Positions 28,602 to 39,031 of a stretch of 64,000 bases of DNA are shown here, piece by piece. The stretch's first letter is position 1, and every line of letters starts with the position of its first letter. Made by a program: the position numbers and the translations under genes. Under the pieces are notes generated by a model. That model worked only from the letters and a program-made list of their open reading frames with translations, was not told the DNA's origin and made no database searches. The DNA comes from Batkoa obscura (Eukaryota), in contig JASVEC010000028.1 in assembly GCA_030770535.1 (NCBI GenBank), positions 372,001 to 436,000 of the forward strand, in the 5' to 3' direction.

Positions 28602-29663
28602 TTAGATATAATCATCCTCTACTACTTTACTGCTCTTCTTTCCAGATTCTTTATTATCAGATTCTTTCTTTCTAGACTCTCTTGCTAAAGATATAATTTG
28701 AGAAAGTATACCCTTGCCTTTTTGACTTCTACTTTTTTCTTCAACTATTTTCTCGGATTCTGTATCTTTCTCTTCAGTATCACGATCCGGGTGGAAAATT
28801 CCTTCAAAAAACTCCTCTGGGAAAAGTTCAACTGCTTCTTGTAGGTGGTCAAAGAATGCAATCACTGAACTATAAATGGATGCATTTCTCTTCTTAATTC
28901 TTCTTAAATAATGGCGTCCAATTTCTCCAAAAGTTCCATTTTCTATTCCATTATGGTATTTTAAAACTACTTTAATGTAGTTTGTTAAAATGGGGTTCTT
29001 TTCAAAAAATCCATCAAAATTCAATCTTCCTGGTTTTACAATAGCTAAAATAGGACTGATGCCACGAACTACAGAATCCAAAAAAATATTCCCAGGCACA
29101 TAACTCGCAATATAGAAAGGGACCAGTCTATTATTAACAACATGTATATGAATTTGACGAAGATACTTAAAGAATATTGTTGTTATCAATCTACTTTTTA
29201 CAGGATCAATACCACGGAATGGAAGATCAAAGTCACCTCCTAAATAAGCTTCAATTTTGTCTGGTGGGAATTTTTCAACAAATAGCTTAATGAATCCAGC
29301 AGGATTTTTCGGGATATGAGGAAAAGGAATTTTGTTAAATGGTATACCCTTGGTCTTTTCCTTGCCTTCTCCCTTCTGAACATCTCTTACTTCGCCTTTT
29401 TCGTCATCAAAATCTAGCTTATCATCAAGATAATCTTCTTCTTTGGATTCTTTGGCTGCTTTTGCATCATCTTTCTTTTGGGTATTGGGATTGTTTCTTA
29501 AATAAGATAATACCCCAGGAGAATTGTTACTATTCAATCCCATCTCTGAAGGTGTAAGTGCTTGAGAGGGTGCTCCATTTCCTGATGGGAGCTTTAATCT
29601 AGCTATTGGCTCAGCTAAAATGATACTTGCTAGTAAACTACAAAGATAGAAACCAGTCTTCAT
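28602..29663 (-). CDS. Secreted protein of unknown family (about 353 aa), intronless
   Basis: Long clean ORF; signal peptide MKTGFYLCSLLASIILA; paralogs nearby. Confidence 0.85.
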   Translation of the reverse strand: MKTGFYLCSLLASIILAEPIARLKLPSGNGAPSQALTPSEMGLNSNNSPGVLSYLRNNPNTQKKDDAKAAKESKEEDYLDDKLDFDDEKGEVRDVQKGEGKEKTKGIPFNKIPFPHIPKNPAGFIKLFVEKFPPDKIEAYLGGDFDLPFRGIDPVKSRLITTIFFKYLRQIHIHVVNNRLVPFYIASYVPGNIFLDSVVRGISPILAIVKPGRLNFDGFFEKNPILTNYIKVVLKYHNGIENGTFGEIGRHYLRRIKKRNASIYSSVIAFFDHLQEAVELFPEEFFEGIFHPDRDTEEKDTESEKIVEEKSRSQKGKGILSQIISLARESRKKESDNKESGKKSSKVVEDDYI

Positions 29664-30598
29664 CTTAAGAATAAACTGCAAAAGTAAATGATATTGAATG
29701 ATTTTAAATGTAATTTTAGATTTTCTTTGATCATCTTAATAATTTTAAAATTGAAGATTGTCTTTCTTTAATGATAAGTAATTTGTTCTTTTAATATTTT
29801 TAAATTGTTACAATTGACATTGATTTGTAATTATTATGGCGTTTTAATTATTTGATATTTTTAAAGTGAATTTAAAATGATTTTTCTTTTGCCTCATTGA
29901 AAATCTTAGCCAAAATGAATGGAATTTACTTACTTATATGAAAGGGTAATAGTAATTAAAATGCGAATATATTCTTGTATAGTAAAAGTGATAAACCGTA
30001 TACAAGGATAGAGTTGCAGTAAATTAAAGTATCACGAGAATTTTATTTTTTTGTCCACAAACAAAACTTTTGGAAGCCTCTGGCTCTATCAAGGCTTTAG
30101 AAATAAAAGTATATTTTGTAATGAAAATTATATTAGTTGCCTTTTAGAAATAAAGAGTATATTTACATACTACCAGGTTATTTGCCAGTATATTGCTCTT
30201 TTTATATCATAGAAGAATACAATATATAATAATTTGCTGACTCTACGCTGTTATGATTAAGTTTTAAAGAATACACAATAATTTATTATTGAAAATACTT
30301 TATTTTTTCACCTTAATATTATAATCAGATTAAACAAAGCAAATCTTAATATAAATAATCTAAACTACCATTAATCTTTTTTTATTAGTTGTATTTCATA
30401 GTTTATAAACTCAATTATTTACACTATTTCTACTTATTTTAATACCTTACTTAAATGCAGCTTGATCCAACCTAATCTCAAAGTTGAATAGCTAAATTGA
30501 TTGAAGCGTCAAAGTATTATTTGAATAATATATTTTCTTAAGATTATTTCATAAAATTTATGAGGTTTTTTTGAGATTTATTAAACGGTGTATTTATT

Positions 30599-31279
30599 TT
30601 AATATTCTAAAAATCTTTGGTAATATTCTTCTGGGTAAAGACCGATGGTGCGGGCGGATCCAACAGAATCTTTGATTTGCTTGGCAACAACTGGTTGCCT
30701 CTCTCTAATCTTAGCAAAAATGTCAGCTTTTATATCCTCTACTGGACCAGACTTGAGTTCCTTTATGAACTCAAGGTTAGTTTGAATGTAAGAAAGGTCA
30801 TCTGGGTTTTTTTTAAAGTGGGAAATAGTAAGTTCTGAGAATTTTGGAATTCTATCGGGCTGTTTAGCTAAGGAATCAGCAATACCAAGTGCCAATGAAT
30901 CAATAAACTCTTTATTTTTTTCATAAAAAGGTGGAATCTTTTCATTGCAGAATCCAATGATAAGTTTATGGACACTTGAAACAGCTTTCTGAACAAGTCT
31001 TTCCTTAAACTCCTCTGTAATTCCTGGGATCTTTCCGTCTATTTTTTTTTCCAACAACAACTTTTTATAATTTTCTGGGGAAATGTGGCTCTTGATGTCA
31101 AATTTGTAGTCTGAACCTCCAGGATTTTCAGGTTTTTTGATCTTTCCGTCTGCATTGTTTTTAGTAGGGGCTCCGTTGGTGATTAAAGCTAAACTATCTT
31201 GAGATGGTTTGTTCATTTGAGATGGCACAGCCATCACAGTGTTCAAGGTAATAGTAGCAAGTAATAAAGTGAACTTCAT
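30599..31279 (-). CDS. Secreted protein of unknown family (226 aa), intronless
   Basis: Signal peptide MKFTLLLATITLNTVMA; clear paralog of 34810..35481. Confidence 0.88.
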   Translation of the reverse strand: MKFTLLLATITLNTVMAVPSQMNKPSQDSLALITNGAPTKNNADGKIKKPENPGGSDYKFDIKSHISPENYKKLLLEKKIDGKIPGITEEFKERLVQKAVSSVHKLIIGFCNEKIPPFYEKNKEFIDSLALGIADSLAKQPDRIPKFSELTISHFKKNPDDLSYIQTNLEFIKELKSGPVEDIKADIFAKIRERQPVVAKQIKDSVGSARTIGLYPEEYYQRFLEY

Positions 31280-31806
31280 AGCTAATAAAATTAAAATTCA
31301 CACCAAAGTTATATAGTGCTGCTATTTATTTATTAGGATTGATAGTATAGCCTTAAATTAAGGCCAAGTAATATATTTATATATACTATAGTCCTACTCT
31401 ACTCTCAATTATAAATTCAATTAGTTTGATACTCATTTTAAAACTTTACAGCCAATCATACTAAGCTTAAAAAAGCATAGTATTTTTGAGTTACAGTTGG
31501 TTCTTCATCTTGAATCAGAAATACACTTTATCAAAAGAAATTGCATATTTTTAGGAAAAAATTTGCCGCATTTGACAAATAAAATTTAATTTATTAGTTA
31601 GTATATTTGTTTATGATTTGATCAATAATAATAATGAAAAAATAAAACTTCTATACTTAAAATCTTTGTTTAACAACGGTTGTGACAATGTAAAGGAATT
31701 TCTTTGTCTAATATTAACTTTTCTAATAAACATTATTCAAAGTTAGGTGGCTAAAAAATATAAGTTCTTTCAACATTAAATTAATAGCAAAATCATTTAT
31801 ACATTT

Positions 31807-31902
31807 GGGGACTTTTTTTTTGACTTCATCACTTTTTCCATCTTTTAGCGCTATTTGAGTGGAAAAACTGTTAGTAAAATTCTTAAACACAAAAACATCC
31901 CC
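31807..31902 (-). mobile_element. MITE family A, copy 7 (TSD ATTT)
   Basis: Consensus match; ATTT direct repeats. Confidence 0.9.
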
Positions 31903-31938
31903 ATTTGAATTTAAAAATGTTAATAAATATAAACAAAT

Positions 31939-32034
31939 GGGGGTGTTTTTTTGGTTTCATTTTTTTACATTTTTTGAGTGCAATTTGAGAGGAAAAGCTA
32001 TTAGTAAAATTATTAAATAAAAAAATACATCCTC
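31939..32034 (-). mobile_element. MITE family A, copy 8 (TSD AAAT)
   Basis: Consensus match; AAAT direct repeats. Confidence 0.9.
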
Positions 32035-32333
32035 AAATGTTAGAATAAGTAGTTGTTTTATTGGCTTGATTTTTTTTAACTTCAAACAATATTTTTAATA
32101 AAACAGTTTAATTTTTGATAATTTAATTTAAAATTAAATCTTTATAGTTTATATCAATGTTAATGTTAAAATAAAAGTTAGAATTAAAGTTAAATAAAGG
32201 TCAAACTTAAATTAAATTAATATAAAAGTTTTAAAGAAATCAAAATAATACTTTTTTAGCTAAAATTAAATTTTAAACTAAATATAGAAACTAATTTTAT
32301 AATTTGTTTTAGTTATTTGAATATTTGTTATAT

Positions 32334-32430
32334 GGGGATGTATTTTTGTGTTTAAGAATTTTACTAACAATTTTCCACTCAAATAGCACTTAAAAGATGG
32401 AAAAAGTAATGAAGCAAAAAAAACATCCTC
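32334..32430 (+). mobile_element. MITE family A, copy 9 (TSD ATAT)
   Basis: Consensus match. Confidence 0.9.
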
Positions 32431-32601
32431 ATATTTTGTTTTTATATCAAAACTTATATACTTTATTTAATTTATTTTTTTAATCGTTTTTATTATTTTA
32501 AATAATTTGTTAATGATTTAATTTATTTTTTTATTTATTTTTTATAATTTACATAATAATTGCATACTACGTTTATAAATCATAATTTATCTTAAATATA
32601 T

Positions 32602-32700
32602 GGGGATGTATTTTTTTGTTTAAGAATTTTACTAATAATTTTTCTGCTCAAATAGCGCTTAAAAAATTGAAAAAGTAATGAAACCAAAAAAAAACGCCTC
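32602..32700 (+). mobile_element. MITE family A, copy 10 (TSD ATAT)
   Basis: Consensus match. Confidence 0.9.
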
Positions 32701-32871
32701 ATATAATCTAAAGCATATGACTATCGGCTTTATTTAAGATTATAATAATATACAAACAGTCGTCTTTACTTAAAACATAATACTTTGTCATATAAGTATA
32801 TTTAAACTTTATTTACATTCTCAGCTTTTTATTATTTTTAGTTATATTAATTAACATTTTGATGCGAGTAT

Positions 32872-32955
32872 TTATTTTATTTTTTTATTTTTATTTTTAT
32901 TTTTATTTTTATTTTTATTTTTATTTTTATTTTTATTTTTATTTTTATTTTTATT
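32872..32955. repeat. (TTTTTA)n hexanucleotide microsatellite
   Basis: About 12 tandem units. Confidence 0.9.
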
Positions 32956-33118
32956 GCCAATATAACTTTATATTTTATTAAACAACTTTTTTTTAAATTT
33001 TACATACTTTTTTAACAAGTTATTATAAACTTTTTTAAATTTTTAGCTTTTACAATTAGTATTAAACAAATAAGCTTTAACCACCAAATTTTATAAAATT
33101 ATATAAAACAAATTAGAT

Positions 33119-33138
33119 AAAGCCAAAAAAACACCCCC
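33119..33138 (+). mobile_element. MITE family A terminal fragment
   Basis: AAGCCAAAAAAACACCCCC followed by ATAT. Confidence 0.6.
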
Positions 33139-33204
33139 ATATAAAGTATATCTGTTATAGCTTTAATTAAAGCTATAGCTGTTAAAATTCAATTATATGA
33201 TTAT

Positions 33205-33665
33205 TGTGAAAGTTGGTACTCAGTAGTAGGAGTTAAAAGTAGTTCTTGCTTGGTTAACTTGCCTTGAGTCAAACGGTCTTAGTTTATATAACTAAGACAG
33301 ACTTAAATGAATAAGAATAATACGTAATAAGTTATGAACTATGTAAAATAAATAGAATACAAAATACTACTGTAAAATCTACGTAAGATGTTGTCAGAAA
33401 GACTCAGTAGCTTTATTAAAGGTACGATATCAGGGGGTAATTCAGTTAAAAAGCCTCAAGTTATCATATTGAAGAATCTCTTTTATACTCCAACAAGTAT
33501 GGATATCAAAACGAGATGATAATACTCTTTGCAATGCGAAGTTATAAATTCTCGCAGCAAATCAAAATAAGGGGCTCTGATCTGATTGTGTTTGAACTTG
33601 AGAACACAATTTAAATGATTGTTGTGTTATAATCAATCCGAGAGCTGATAAAGCAATATTTCACA
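33205..33665 (+). mobile_element. Solo-LTR-like repeat family B, copy 4 (TSD TTAT)
   Basis: TGTGAAA...TTTCACA flanked by TTAT. Confidence 0.8.
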
Positions 33666-33841
33666 TTATATAAAAAAATTTACAATTATTATAAACTATT
33701 AATTTTATGTTGAAGTTTTTATACAGGTTTTACTAAATGTGATTATTTTAATTTAAAAACATAAAGTTTATTTTATAAAAATGAAATACTTAGCATAAAA
33801 TACATATAGCAATTATATTTAACTTATTAGTTAATATATAT

Positions 33842-33939
33842 GGGGATGTATTTTTTTGTTTAATAATTTTACTAATAATTTTTCCACTTAAACAGCGCTT
33901 AAAAAATGGAACAAGTAATGAAACCAAAAAAACATTCTC
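33842..33939 (+). mobile_element. MITE family A, copy 11 (TSD ATAT)
   Basis: Consensus match. Confidence 0.9.
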
Positions 33940-34190
33940 ATATGTTTAAAAAACTATATAAAAACAGATATATCTTTTAGGAAAAAAACTATTATATTTT
34001 GCTAAATATTATATACTTAGCTATATAAACTTAAAAATAATTATTAAAAAATGTAATAATAAAATACTTTTTATTTTTATTATATAATACTGCAATATAT
34101 TGATATATTTAATAAAATAAACTATTAATTTATATTTAACTGTAATTAAAATAATTTTTTTTGTAAATTTATTATTAATATTTTACATAT

Positions 34191-34289
34191 GGGGATATAT
34201 TTTTTCATTTAAGAATTCTACTAACAATCTTTCCGCTTAAATAGCGCTTAAAAAATGGAAAAAGTAATGAAACCAAAAAAAACATCCGC
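34191..34289 (+). mobile_element. MITE family A, copy 12 (TSD ATAT)
   Basis: Consensus match. Confidence 0.9.
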
Positions 34290-34809
34290 ATATATTGCTT
34301 ATAACATGAAATTTTACAAGCTATTACTTAAATATATACATAAAATAAAATAAAGTAAAAGTTGTTGATAGTTTGGAATGCATTTTCAGATTCAAGTCCT
34401 GAGAGTTAACAGATTAAGTAGTTGAGCATTTTATTTTTCTAAAATTTGTTTTGTATGGTTCTAGGTTAAAATAGCTACCCTTTACTGAAACCTGTATAAA
34501 AATCCTAAGATAAAACTAATAACCTATAATACCAAATTTATAAATAAATTGTGTCAATTTAAACCATTTTTTATTAATATGGCAAAAAATTCTTTTAAAT
34601 CCTTACTTATTTTTAGCTTCAATTTTAAATAAATGATTTACTACACAATCCAATCTCAACAGGTATATACAAGGATGGAACAATAATCTGCAAAAGTGGT
34701 AAATAACTAAATAGAGATTAAAATGCCAAAATATTATTTGAATATTTTTTTAGTGTTATTTCAAAATTTATAAGGTTTTCTTTAAGATTTATTAAACAAT
34801 ATATTCATT

Positions 34810-35481
34810 TTAGTAGCTTACAAATCTTTGGTAATATTCTTCTGGGAAAAGTTCGATTTCGTGAATGGCTTTAGCAGAATCTTTGATTTGCTGATCGACG
34901 CTTGGTTGTTTCTCTTTAATCTTAGCAAAGATACCAGCTTCTATGTCAGCTAATGGACCAACGAAGATTTCTTTGAGGAACTCAAAGTTGGTTTTAAGGT
35001 AAGCGAGACCATCTGGGTTTTTCTTTAAGTGGGCAACAGCAAGTTCGGTGAATTTTGGAATTCTTTCAGGTCTCTTAGCTAAGAAATCAGCAACATCAAC
35101 TACTAATTCATCAATAAAGTCTTTATTTGCTGCGTAAGCAGGTGGGATCTTTTCGTTACAGAATCCGACGACAACTCCACGGATACTAGAAATAACCTGT
35201 TCAACAAGACTATCTTTAAGCTCATCGGTAAGGCCTGGAATCTTTGCTTCTAATTTTGATTCCAATAACAATTTTCTGTAGTTTGCTGGGGAAGCATAAG
35301 ATTTGAGATCAATCTTACCACCTGCACCTCCAGACTTCTTTGGTTTTGGAGCGGCTTCCTTTTTAGCAGGAGCTCCGTTGGTCATTAAAGCTAAACTATC
35401 TTGAGATGGTTTGTTCATTTGAGATGGCACGGCCATCACAGCGCTCAAGGCAACAGTAGCAAGTAATAAATTGAATTTCAT
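34810..35481 (-). CDS. Secreted protein of unknown family (223 aa), intronless
   Basis: Signal peptide MKFNLLLATVALSAVMA; paralog of 30599..31279. Confidence 0.88.
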   Translation of the reverse strand: MKFNLLLATVALSAVMAVPSQMNKPSQDSLALMTNGAPAKKEAAPKPKKSGGAGGKIDLKSYASPANYRKLLLESKLEAKIPGLTDELKDSLVEQVISSIRGVVVGFCNEKIPPAYAANKDFIDELVVDVADFLAKRPERIPKFTELAVAHLKKNPDGLAYLKTNFEFLKEIFVGPLADIEAGIFAKIKEKQPSVDQQIKDSAKAIHEIELFPEEYYQRFVSY

Positions 35482-36661
35482 AGTTAATAAATATTAAGGT
35501 TCACAATAAATCTATACAGCGCTGCTGTTTGTTTATTAGAATAGAAAAGATAATATAACTTTAATGCTAGATGAAGCTCTTTTATATATTGCTTATACTC
35601 CCATTTCCAATTGTAGTTTTTTTTGGTTTGATGCACATTTTTAAAATTTTACTGTAGATCACACTGATCTTTATTAGTGATTGCTTTTAAATTTTCTGCA
35701 GCTTTTATTGAATTTGATGAACTAATAGCTTAATTTGAAGGAGATAGTTGTTATTTGATCAGCTAATTAAATAGAATTATCAGTTACGTTTCAAATGTTA
35801 ATTAAATTTCCAAATTTAGTATTGTTTTAAAATAATAATAAAAAAGATTGAAGTATTGAATTTAAAATAACTTACAAACCTTATATTAAGCTTATTGAGA
35901 AAAAATGAATATAATAGATAAATACTTGACCAAGTATATCCTGCTTTTTATTTTTTTCAAAACAATCATAGATGTCTATTTGTTCAAGCCATTTTTAAAC
36001 ATTTGACTATTTTATTTTATTTAATACATTTTAACAACTAATTATATTATTTTAGCACATAAGAATTTGAGAATCGATTGGAGGATCTTCATAAAATGAA
36101 CTTTTCTCACTAAAGTTAATTAGATTACAATATTAACATCAAAATAAATCTATTTTTAAATATGAATTTCATTTAAGAATCTATTAATATATATATGACA
36201 GTCATGTCATGGTAAATTAATAACATGATAACTAAAGTTAAATATAACATGTATATGTTGTATACTTTAATTGGAAAACTTATTTATATTTATTTCTAAA
36301 AGCTTGATTGTCAAATTAAAATAGTTTCAAATCTGTTAATAATGATGTTTCCAAATTCATTTGATAGACATTTTAAATTTTGTTAGTTTAAGTATAATGT
36401 TATCAACTGAGTGCTGTAGGCTCTCTTCTTTTCCATTTAATATTTTAGATATAAAGAGTATCTTATATTTGATAATACCTAAAAACAATATTAGAAATTT
36501 AATATCAGGTAAATTGACAATAAAACAATAATTGAACAAATTGGATGTATCAAAATTTATTAATTAAAATTAAAATACTCTAAGTAAATTTACAAATGGA
36601 ATATTAAATAGTTAAAACTTAGTCAAATTGAGGATAGGTATATAGCCAGCTACAACACTCT

Positions 36662-36967
36662 TTACACGTAAAATTTCATTGCTTTTTGGTTAAGTGAATC
36701 TGTTCTAGCATTAGCAGGTGTCAATGAAAGTCTTAAAGTTGGTATAACCCTTTTTAGAGGAATAGATTTGGACCTAGTTTTATTGGGTACAGGGATTGAA
36801 AACCCTATCATTAGCATATCATCAAAGTCTATCCTTCTTATTTCTTCAATGTATTCTAAAGGTAAAACAGATTCTACTATTATATTGTCGGAGGCGGATT
36901 TACGTCCAATTGAATGTTGTGAAGAAACTGGAGAATAGTTTTTAAATGTGTTGTTACAAATTTTCAT
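36662..36967 (-). CDS. Small hypothetical protein (101 aa)
   Basis: ATG in an A-rich context; TATAAATA about 80 nt upstream; higher GC than flanks; C-terminal TLRLSLTP. Confidence 0.55.
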   Translation of the reverse strand: MKICNNTFKNYSPVSSQHSIGRKSASDNIIVESVLPLEYIEEIRRIDFDDMLMIGFSIPVPNKTRSKSIPLKRVIPTLRLSLTPANARTDSLNQKAMKFYV

Positions 36968-38292
36968 TTTTTTAAAAAGTTTTATGATATATGAATATTT
37001 ATAGTTATCAGTATTATTTTCTTATTGTCTGGAAGAATTTACAGTATTTATAGCTTATTTCAACAAAATGATGATAATACTTTGGTTTCCGAGCTTTATA
37101 ATTATATCATTTAAGACAGGGAACTGATTTAAGCCTATTATCAAAATAGGGCTTAGCCTAGATTAAAAAGATCAATGTTAGCAAACAAACTCTAGAAATA
37201 CTATAATTAATCGTGTATATTTGCCTATAGTAATTTGCAAGAAAAAGAGCATAGTTTTGTATTTATTAAGCCATTGTAATCACAAGACCCTAACTTAACG
37301 ACATGTAAGCCTATTTTTAGTTAATTAATCAATTGTTTAAAGGAAAGCAACTTATTTTTAAAAAATTGGAGGATTTTATTCCCAAATTGAGATTATAAGC
37401 TTGCAATTTTAGTGGAACATAATTTATGAGATTTTTTGGTTCCAAGTCCTTTTGTTGATTAAATGTATTTAGTAATATCAACAGTTGGATTAAAACATTA
37501 AAAACATATAAAATACATATACTCAATCATAGAAGTTAAATTATTGACTTTAAAACTATAACCCCTGCGACTTAAAGCCTCCATTTCAAAAAATTAATAT
37601 ATTTAGAGTAAGTTAATAAATAACTTCAAAATCTAAATGCCTTTTGACTAAATTTGAATATACACTTTATGTAATAATAGCAGTGTTGTTTATTTTGTAA
37701 GTAACAAGTGATATGTTCTTGGCTTTAAATTAATATAGTTGATAATAAGATGTGATATGAATGATATTTTAAATAATGAATATTTTGTATACTTTGAAGT
37801 TACACCAAATTTTTACTTTAAGAAAACAAATAGTAAATAAAATTATTAAATAAGTAAAGTTAATAAAGTTTAATTTTGTGACTTTAAGATGAATTTGTTA
37901 ATCACAGAATACTAATAAATTACAATTAAAAAATAACTAATAGGGTATAATTAAAATCAGTTTATTTATTTAAAAATCAATAGGATCATTCAAGTCTTAA
38001 ATTTTTAATAAGCATGTACTTTTAATATTTGATGTAATTTAAGTAAACAATATGTGGTAAAACGTGATATTAAAGCAAAGACAAAGTATTTATTATCAAA
38101 GCTTTTAATTTAATAAGCAAGCATGTCTAAAATTTACTTTTTACCTGATAGATATTTTGTAAGTATCTCAAAATATAAAGCTCTATTTAATAGCTCAATA
38201 GCGTAAACATTTTTACAGTATACATAAAAACTAGAGCAAGAAGAAATATTGAATACAGCTGTTGAAGTTCTGCGACTATTTTAACTATTGAT

Positions 38293-38389
38293 GGGAGTGT
38301 TTTTCTGATTTCATTACTTTCTCCATTTTTAAGCACTATTCAAGTGGAAAAATTACTAGTAAAATTCTTAAACAAAAAAATCCATTCCC
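38293..38389 (-). mobile_element. MITE family A, copy 13, diverged (TSD TGAT)
   Basis: Consensus match; TGAT direct repeats. Confidence 0.8.
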
Positions 38390-39031
38390 TGATTTTAAAA
38401 AAATGTTGAGTTCAGCTAAAATTTAAAAGCAGGCTATGAAAAAATCGGTTATTCTAATGATTTACTAAAAACTACCACTAAAAACTCGCAAAAGAGCCAA
38501 AACAATTGTATATTATTGCATCTATAATACAGAGTTGCGGGTTTTTTTTGATGATTAGCAACTTTTACAAATTCATTACCGGTTTTCGGCAAATCAAAAT
38601 TTTCCTATAATATAAAAACTGGGAAACAATTTTTGAAAAAGAGCATCAATTTATGAAAATTTAGTAATTATCAAAGTAAACATGACAGCCTTGGGTTGGA
38701 ACTGCTGTATAAACTATGGATTTTTAAGGGGTATGATATTTCATTGGTGCTTATAAAAGCAATGACATGTAAATTAGTAAAAATGAACAAACTACGATCT
38801 AAATCTTACATTAGATTGGGCAAAAGTTAGAAAAAGAAATGAGTTAAATTTAGTCATCCATCTACAGAATAAGTTATAATAATTTGATAACAAAGTCTAA
38901 AAATGGTGATTTTGCCCAATATGATAGTTACGGTGACGAAATATAAAACAAGCTCATAGCACTATATAAGACATTTGATTGTTCACATTGTTTGATTTTT
39001 TAAACATTTATTTTCACTTTTAAATATATAA

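Noticed and set aside
31807..34289. CRISPR-like reading of the clustered ~97-bp repeats
   Set aside because: Mixed orientation, irregular spacing, TIRs and TSDs, eukaryotic context and no cas genes
38815..38920. 11-bp inverted repeat ATTGGGCAAAA/TTTTGCCCAAT upstream of HIS4
   Set aside because: Too short, no TSD; explained by two opposed CCAAT boxes
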